In this document: positions 58,661 to 64,000 of the stretch, in pieces
Layout: every line of letters begins with the position of its first letter
Numbering within the stretch: position 1 is the first letter of the stretch
Assembly: GCA_964427455.1 (NCBI GenBank)
Contig: CAYRUY010000001.1
Span: 22,090 to 86,089 of the forward strand
From: an uncultured Candidatus Bathyarchaeia archaeon
Lineage (GTDB): Archaea > Thermoproteota > CALKCG01 > B24 > JAWCPE01
Direction of reading: 5' to 3'
DNA: 64,000 nt
Program-made: the position numbers and the translations under genes
The notes under the pieces: model-generated
The model's input: the letters and a program-made list of their open reading frames with translations, nothing else
What the model was told of the DNA's origin: nothing
Database searches by the model: none

Positions 58661-59674
58661 ATGCTTTTAAGAACCGGTGAATCCTCTCCCGTCGGTTGGA
58701 GAATAGAAGTGAGTTTCCCCGTTGAGCTTCTCTCCCGTATAGCGGACACCCAAGGAGGCCGGCCGCGTGTCCCCGTCGGTCTCTCCAGAGTTGGGGTTAG
58801 GAACCTAAAGCTGAGCCTCCGCATCGCGGGCAAGAAGGGAGACATCTCGCTGTTCCCTACCGTGGACATATTCGTCGACCTGCCCCGGGAGAAGAGAGGT
58901 GTCCACCTCTCAAGGGACCCGGAGAGCCTCTACGAGGCCCTCGCGGAGCAGGGCCTCGCCAAGAGCGTCAGCGTTGAGGAGTTCTGCGAGACCGTAGCCT
59001 TGCGCGTGTTGAAGAACCATGAGTATGCTAGCAGGGCGGAGGTAAGGTTGAGAAGCGACTACGTGACAGTAAGGCAGGAACCAGGCTCGGCGCTGACAAC
59101 GCAAGAGCCATGCAAGATCTTCGCCATAGCGACCGCAGCAAGAGAGGCGGAGAGCGTGAAGGTCTCCCGTGTGGTAGGAGTGAGGGTGACGGGCTTCACG
59201 GCCTGCCCCTGCACCCAGGAGCTGATGAAGACCCTGATCGGAGAGAGGCTCAACAGCCTCGGGTATCACAGGGAAGATAGAGAGAAGATCCTGAGCTTCG
59301 TCCCGTTGATGACTCACACGCAGAGAACGAAGGGGACGATCCTCATGCAGGTGCCGCACGACCGCTCCGTCAACCTAGAAGACCTTGTAGAGATCCTTGA
59401 GGAATCGATGAGTGCTCCAACCCACACGCTCCTGAAGAGAGCCAACGAGGTGGCCGTGGTGGAGAAAGCGGCCGCAAGGCCTAGGTTCGCGGAGGATGTC
59501 GTCCGAGAAGCTCTCTTCTTGATCACGAAGCGCTACCGGGACTTTCCGAACGATGTCCGTGTCTTCGTGCAGTCGCTCAGCCAAGAGAGCGTCCATAAAC
59601 ACGACACGGTCGCTGAGAGGGTCGCTAGCCTCGGGGATGTCCGCAAGGAGATAAGCGAGGCCTCTATCGAGTAG
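58661..59674 (+). CDS. mptA: GTP cyclohydrolase MptA (FolE2/DUF198 family)
   Basis: 337 aa. 'VGVRNLKLSLRI' and 'VDLPREKRGVHLSR' FolE2/MptA motifs and a Cys-containing metal site region. Confidence 0.7.
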   Translation: MLLRTGESSPVGWRIEVSFPVELLSRIADTQGGRPRVPVGLSRVGVRNLKLSLRIAGKKGDISLFPTVDIFVDLPREKRGVHLSRDPESLYEALAEQGLAKSVSVEEFCETVALRVLKNHEYASRAEVRLRSDYVTVRQEPGSALTTQEPCKIFAIATAAREAESVKVSRVVGVRVTGFTACPCTQELMKTLIGERLNSLGYHREDREKILSFVPLMTHTQRTKGTILMQVPHDRSVNLEDLVEILEESMSAPTHTLLKRANEVAVVEKAAARPRFAEDVVREALFLITKRYRDFPNDVRVFVQSLSQESVHKHDTVAERVASLGDVRKEISEASIE

Positions 59675-59737
59675 CGTGAACCTGGTCGGCAGATCCATCG
59701 TCGCATCCTAGCTGAAACGCGTGCCCCCAGCCCTGAG

Positions 59738-60529
59738 CTATGGGTATAGGTCTCTCAGCTCTCTGCCCTGCGCGTCCTTGAAACCTTCGATTCTCTCTCC
59801 ATGCCACGTAGCGTTCAGTAGCCTGATCTCGGCTCTGGACGCGAGCCATTCGAGAAGCTCCTTGCAGATCCTCAGCTTTGTAAGCTTCGCCTCGACAGAT
59901 CGGACGCGCCTCTTCGAGTAAGGACCGATCACACGGCCGAGGTCCATCCCGGCGAGGGCGATGGTCTCCGCGCCCATGGCGTAGGCGAGGAACGCTGCTC
60001 TGTCACCGTCTGTGAAGCCGCCGAAGTTGTACACCCTTGGCTGAGGCTCCACCTGGGTCGTGCCCAAGGCAGAGGCCAGCATCGGCACGTACCTTCTCAG
60101 CCGCGGGATGTTGTCTCCGTGGCCGTGGACCACGAGAACCGCACCCCTCTCGTAGGCCGCTAGGATGTCGCGCATCAGACCGTCCAAGTCGGTGACAATG
60201 ACATCTGGGATTCTCCCGAGTCTGAGTAGCGCGGTCGTCGCACCGTTTGCCGCCATGATGACCCATCGCGTTGAGAGAGCCGACACGCCGATCTCGCTCA
60301 GGTTTCGTTCAAGGGAAGGTCCAGCCCCGAGGACTAGTACCGGGCGCTCTTCGGTCTTCTCTTCGAGAACGGCGGGGCTCAGGTCCTTGCCCTCGAGGAG
60401 CCTGCTGAGAACCTTCGTCGCGAGTTCATCTCGGGACCTGTCCAGCCTAAGGTCTCTCGCGATCTTCCAGTACCAAGGCATCCATACGTCGATAGTGACG
60501 GCAAGACTCTCGGGCATCGTTGCTTCCAC
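59738..60529 (-). CDS. 6-hydroxymethylpterin diphosphokinase MptE-like (DUF115)
   Basis: 263 aa. 'VLVLGAGPSL' and DUF115-like organisation. Convergent with mptA. Confidence 0.55.
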   Translation of the reverse strand: MEATMPESLAVTIDVWMPWYWKIARDLRLDRSRDELATKVLSRLLEGKDLSPAVLEEKTEERPVLVLGAGPSLERNLSEIGVSALSTRWVIMAANGATTALLRLGRIPDVIVTDLDGLMRDILAAYERGAVLVVHGHGDNIPRLRRYVPMLASALGTTQVEPQPRVYNFGGFTDGDRAAFLAYAMGAETIALAGMDLGRVIGPYSKRRVRSVEAKLTKLRICKELLEWLASRAEIRLLNATWHGERIEGFKDAQGRELRDLYP

Positions 60530-60543
60530 GCCCTTCTCTTCGC

Positions 60544-61224
60544 CTAGGCGGCGCCCTTCCCCTGATCGGCGTCAAGGCCCCAGTGCTCTACCAGCGACCT
60601 GAGCTCCGCAGCGGCTGCTGAGTAGGCTGACTCTGGCGCCACCCGTTGCACTATACGGAGGTAGCCGCTCATTAACTCTCTGTGATCCCGCGCCGCGTCG
60701 TGCTGGCTCAATCGAGTGAACTCCTTGACTCTCGTGGCGTGAATGACCGCCTCGATCAGCGCGGAGGATGCTCGGCAATAGGCCTTGGCCGGAGCGGCAA
60801 GTGCCTCGACAAGCTCAACGTTGCACGTCACATTTGCCCTTTTCCCGTGTTCAGTGGTTATCTGGAGCAATGAGACCTCGACGAAAGCGTCTGAACCCTT
60901 AAGGCGGGGAGCCTCAACAACCTTGGCGTCGTCAAACCATTCCCGGGGAAGAACCCCGCCCGGGTTCGCCTCCTTCAGGGCTGTCCTCAGGAACTTGAGC
61001 GGGTCTGAGGAGATGTTGATAACCGCGCACCGCCTTGCCTCGAGATTCGTGAAGGTGACGGTGGATGTGTAAGGCCTCAGCATGACTCTACCTGAGTCGA
61101 GGAGTGTTACGCCCATAGGGGCTGCGTCTGGTACGTCCTCGAGGTCGTATGTGGAGATGATCGCTTCGACGATGCCACCTTTGAGGAAACCGAGTGACAG
61201 AAGCTTGTTCTCCGTGCTATTCAC
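60544..61224 (-). CDS. DUF447 family protein (flavin-reductase-like split barrel)
   Basis: 226 aa. 'GIVEAIISTYDLEDVPDAAPMGV' resembles the DUF447 N-terminal region. Confidence 0.45.
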   Translation of the reverse strand: MNSTENKLLSLGFLKGGIVEAIISTYDLEDVPDAAPMGVTLLDSGRVMLRPYTSTVTFTNLEARRCAVINISSDPLKFLRTALKEANPGGVLPREWFDDAKVVEAPRLKGSDAFVEVSLLQITTEHGKRANVTCNVELVEALAAPAKAYCRASSALIEAVIHATRVKEFTRLSQHDAARDHRELMSGYLRIVQRVAPESAYSAAAAELRSLVEHWGLDADQGKGAA

Positions 61225-61318
61225 CCTTACCTAGCTGCGACAATACGGCCGTCCCGCTGACAGATAGGTTTGACGTGTCGAAGCAAGCCTTTTATCGGAA
61301 CCATCGGGACTAGCTAAC

Positions 61319-61474
61319 GCCGGGCTAGCTCAGATGGTTAGAGTGCCAGACCCGAAGGAAAGGGAGCTAGACTCATAATCAGACGATGAGCGATCTGGAG
61401 AGGCTGATGCGTATGCCCCCAGATGTCGCGGGTCCGAAGCGACAGTTCGGGTCGCGGGAATCCCGTGCCCGGCA
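61319..61474 (+). tRNA. Putative tRNA with anticodon CAT (Met or Ile2) interrupted by multiple non-canonical introns (~75 nt of extra sequence); exact exon structure unresolved
   Basis: Canonical 5' half GCCGGGC-TA-GCTCAGATGGTTAGAGT-G-CCAGA. 'CTCATAA' anticodon loop and matching 'TCTGG' are present but separated by insertions of ~21 and ~15 nt. 3' end GCCCGGC-A pairs the acceptor. A duplicated 'GTCGCGGG' around the T-arm suggests a further intron. TATA-like 'CTTTTATC' ~25 nt upstream. Confidence 0.55.
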
Positions 61475-61559
61475 CCCTTGCGACTGGTCTTGCCCCTAGC
61501 TTCTCTCTCCCATAAGAGTATGGATTAGGCTTAGAGCCTCAGGCGAATGAGGCGCGCGT

Positions 61560-61870
61560 CTTAGCTCCAACCATAGGGGGGAAGCATAGGGTCCAACCCA
61601 GGGGCTCTGAGCAGCTGAGCGTTGTTCTCAGCTGAGAAGAGGGTTCCCAATCAGAGCCGGTCCGCGCTAGGTTTCGGCTGAATCAGGGCCTGAGCCGCGC
61701 TCCTTTGGTGGCATGAAACCACCCCAGAGTACGGGGAAGAGCCCTATGAACGCACGGTTCAGGGCCTCCGACGCTGATGTAGACCGTACTTGGGAGGCTG
61801 AGAGACTTCGGAGGACCTCGATGCCTACACCTGGGGCTGCTGATACACGCTAGACCAAGCGTCCCGGCAA
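61560..61870. repeat. Copy B of the diverged ~250-300 nt intergenic element (see 21840-22137)
   Basis: Blocks 'CAATCAGAGCCGGTCCGCGCTA' (61648-61669) and 'GCGCTCCTTTGGTGGCATGAAACCACCC' (61697-61724) at the same 49-nt spacing as copy A. Starts ~90 nt downstream of the tRNA(CAT) gene. Confidence 0.5.
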
Positions 61871-62531
61871 ACCGATCGACGGAGGAGGGTGGGTTACTCT
61901 TTGACGCAGCCGAATCTTCTGTCCAACCACTGGCCGAGCTCAGCCTTGATCTCGTCGTTCAGCTGAGGATACCTGTCTCGGTAGAGGAAGAAGGTCCTTC
62001 TGACCTCGATGATGTCTGGGTATGCCTCGTCCAAGTCCTTCACGAGGTGAGCCAAGACCTCGCTGGGCACATTCTCACCTTCCCCGACCTATTCGGGCTC
62101 ATATCTGCCCTCTTAAGGCATTTGGACGAGAAATCTCGAGTCTGAGCCCGAGAAACCTTGACTCCAGCCTTTAACAAGCAAAGTAGGCAGTGCGTCGAGG
62201 GAAGGCCGATGGCAGAGCGACCCAACCGAGTAGGGTGGCCTGCATCCTCACAAGCCTTGGCTCGGTTAGCGCAACACCCGGGTCTTTCGCTGTCCTCTCC
62301 ATCACGGGCAAGGACCGTGACCCTGAACTCCTGTTCGCGCAGACCCAAGGATGAGAGCTTTAATTCCTATTCTTCAAACGCAGAACCGACGGCAACCGCG
62401 CAGGAGGGGGGAGCAAGACGATACTTCACACGTCGCCACTTAGTCTTGAGTTCACGCCCAAGCCTGTTAGCCTACTCTCGGAGGGGCGAAGATTAGGCCC
62501 GTCCGTAAGGCTGAGAAGCGAGATAGCCTCT

Positions 62532-63182
62532 GTGACCATGGACCTCGACTACGAGGCCCCCGCCGACGAACAGACGCCTCTATACTTCATGTACAGGGGC
62601 CTTGCTAGGCCTCAGGACGCAGCTCTCTTCGAGAGCTGGAAGGTTCGGTTCGACATCACCGTGATGCCCTCAGCGAGGCTAGGGCTTGAGCTCGTTAAGA
62701 CAGCCGGACATTACCACCCCGAGGCTGAGGCTGGGCTGACGTACGCTGAGCTCTATGAGGTTCTCGTCGGGGAAGCTCATTTCCTGCTCCAGAAACCCAG
62801 TGACGCCGCCTTGGTCGATGTTCTGCTCGTTCAGGCAAGCAGCGGAGACAAGTTGCTGATTCCGCCGAACTACGGCCATGTAACCATCAACCCGGGGCCG
62901 GAGGCCCTGGTTATGGCGAACCTCGTCTCGCCGAGCTTCCAGTCTCTGTATGAGCCGTACAGAGCAAGACGCGGAGCCGCGTACTACGAGCTCGGCGACG
63001 GCAGGCTGGTTCCCAACCCGAGATATGGGCCTCTGCCTCCCTTACGCCCAGTCCGCGCGCGAGACCAAGAGAACGGGCTGCCCGAGGCTAACATTTACAG
63101 GCTGTTCGTTGATGACCCCGCTTCGATGACCTTCCTGAACAGGCCGAGTAGGCTCTCGAAGATGAGGCTTACCTTCGAATAA
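62532..63182 (+). CDS. pgiA: Cupin-type glucose-6-phosphate isomerase (archaeal cPGI)
   Basis: 216 aa. 'TAGHYHPE' and 'LLIPPNYGHVTIN' match the cPGI metal-binding motifs (TKGHFH / PPxWAHR). Confidence 0.7.
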   Translation: MTMDLDYEAPADEQTPLYFMYRGLARPQDAALFESWKVRFDITVMPSARLGLELVKTAGHYHPEAEAGLTYAELYEVLVGEAHFLLQKPSDAALVDVLLVQASSGDKLLIPPNYGHVTINPGPEALVMANLVSPSFQSLYEPYRARRGAAYYELGDGRLVPNPRYGPLPPLRPVRARDQENGLPEANIYRLFVDDPASMTFLNRPSRLSKMRLTFE

Positions 63183-63195
63183 CTGCGGCCTTGGT

Positions 63196-63849
63196 TCATA
63201 TCTTGTACAGCTTCTTGATCAGCTCGATGTCCTTCTCGCCTATCTCGGCGGGCTCTGCGCCCACGGTCCTCGAGACCAGCGTCATCGTCGCAGCTTCCTC
63301 TAGGATCTCCATAGCGGTCAGAGCCTCGTGTAGGTCATATCCCACGGTGACGGCGCCATGGTTCTGGAGTAGGATGACGCGGCTGCCCAAGGCCGCTTGA
63401 GCGACTGCATCGCCTAGCTCTTTCGTGCCAGGGTAGATGAAAGGAACGACCGGTGCCTTCGCGATCATAAGCGCAGCCTCCAGGGTGATGGGCTTGATCC
63501 GAACGTTCGCAAGCGTCAAGCCTGTCGCGACGGGCGGGTGGCAGTGAAGGACGCAGTTTACATCTGTTCTACGCTTGTAGATGGCTACGTGGAAAGGCCA
63601 CTCCATGGAGGCCTTGAAGATCCCTTCGATGAGGCGGCCTTCAAAGTCTATCTTCAGAAGGTCCTCAGTCCCAAGGCTAGGCTTGTACAACCCTGAAGGA
63701 CTGATCCAGACCTCCTCGGCCCCGGGCAGCCTCGCCGAGATATTTCCCCCAACCCCGGTCATCATCCCACGGTCGTACAGCTTTATCATACAGTCGATCA
63801 TGCTCTGTTTCAGCTCTCGCTCCTCAGTGACCTCGCCCAATCCTAACAC
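63196..63849 (-). CDS. Class II aldolase/adducin family protein (L-fuculose-phosphate aldolase-like)
   Basis: 217 aa. 'GVGGNISAR' and 'HCHPP' class II aldolase motifs. Confidence 0.8.
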   Translation of the reverse strand: MLGLGEVTEERELKQSMIDCMIKLYDRGMMTGVGGNISARLPGAEEVWISPSGLYKPSLGTEDLLKIDFEGRLIEGIFKASMEWPFHVAIYKRRTDVNCVLHCHPPVATGLTLANVRIKPITLEAALMIAKAPVVPFIYPGTKELGDAVAQAALGSRVILLQNHGAVTVGYDLHEALTAMEILEEAATMTLVSRTVGAEPAEIGEKDIELIKKLYKI

Positions 63850-64000
63850 ACTCCCCGTTCGCCAGCGAAGAATCAGGACGTGCTAATTAATGTCTAGGTG
63901 TCAGCCTGCGCGTCACGCCTTTGGAAGGCTGCGGGAAAAGTCTCGTCTCACCGGCTAGGAGGCTCCCCTGCACAGGAACCTACAGATCCCATGGCATAGC

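Noticed and set aside
1-64000. CRISPR arrays, cas genes, integrases/transposases, toxin-antitoxin or other recognisable defence systems
   Set aside because: No short regularly spaced repeats and no recombinase/transposase-like ORFs were found on either strand. The islands lack identifiable mobility genes.

Overview
This looks like a ~60% GC archaeal chromosomal segment, probably Thermoproteota-like, judging from intron-containing tRNAs, a TFS/RpoM-type zinc-ribbon protein, archease, an archaeal NikR and TATA/BRE-like promoters. It is mostly housekeeping and carbohydrate metabolism and is densely coding on both strands. Main contents in order: a partial PurM-like gene, LarB, LarC and NikR; a tungsten-type aldehyde:ferredoxin oxidoreductase with a MoaD/ThiS-like gene; an AbrB-ACT regulator divergent from a histidine operon hisC-A-B-F-D-H-I, then a PK_C-like gene, then hisG; a CE7 esterase, DUF2148, an enolase-superfamily enzyme, a glycogen debranching enzyme overlapping an upstream surface-protein gene, and a Gfo/Idh/MocA oxidoreductase; an AT-richer peptide/oligopeptide-type ABC transporter island ending at an intron-containing tRNA-Ser(CGA); then DUF59, ADH, M20 peptidase, UppS, an MFS transporter fused to a degenerate cytidylate-kinase-like domain, a 2-hydroxyacid dehydrogenase, TFS and a DUF99-like gene; a glycogen cluster (GH57, a sugar-1-P nucleotidyltransferase/phosphohexomutase fusion, glycogen synthase); archease and DUF2961; a small AT-rich islet with a SpoIIM-like membrane protein; MBL hydrolase, a SAM methyltransferase and a wHTH-KaiC-like ATPase plus V4R pair; a PHP hydrolase; an AT-rich GH38 alpha-mannosidase insertion bounded by 20-bp direct repeats; GH3, MptA, MptE-like and DUF447 genes; a tRNA with anticodon CAT that appears to carry several non-canonical introns; a cupin-type PGI and a class II aldolase. 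The most notable non-coding observations are a shared operator-like motif (CTTTTAAG ... CCCACAAA-N3-CCCACA) upstream of both his transcription units, and two diverged copies of a ~250-300 nt structured-looking intergenic element that share identical 22-nt and 28-nt blocks at identical spacing. I found no CRISPR array and no obvious defence system. GC-content statements are by eye, not computed.
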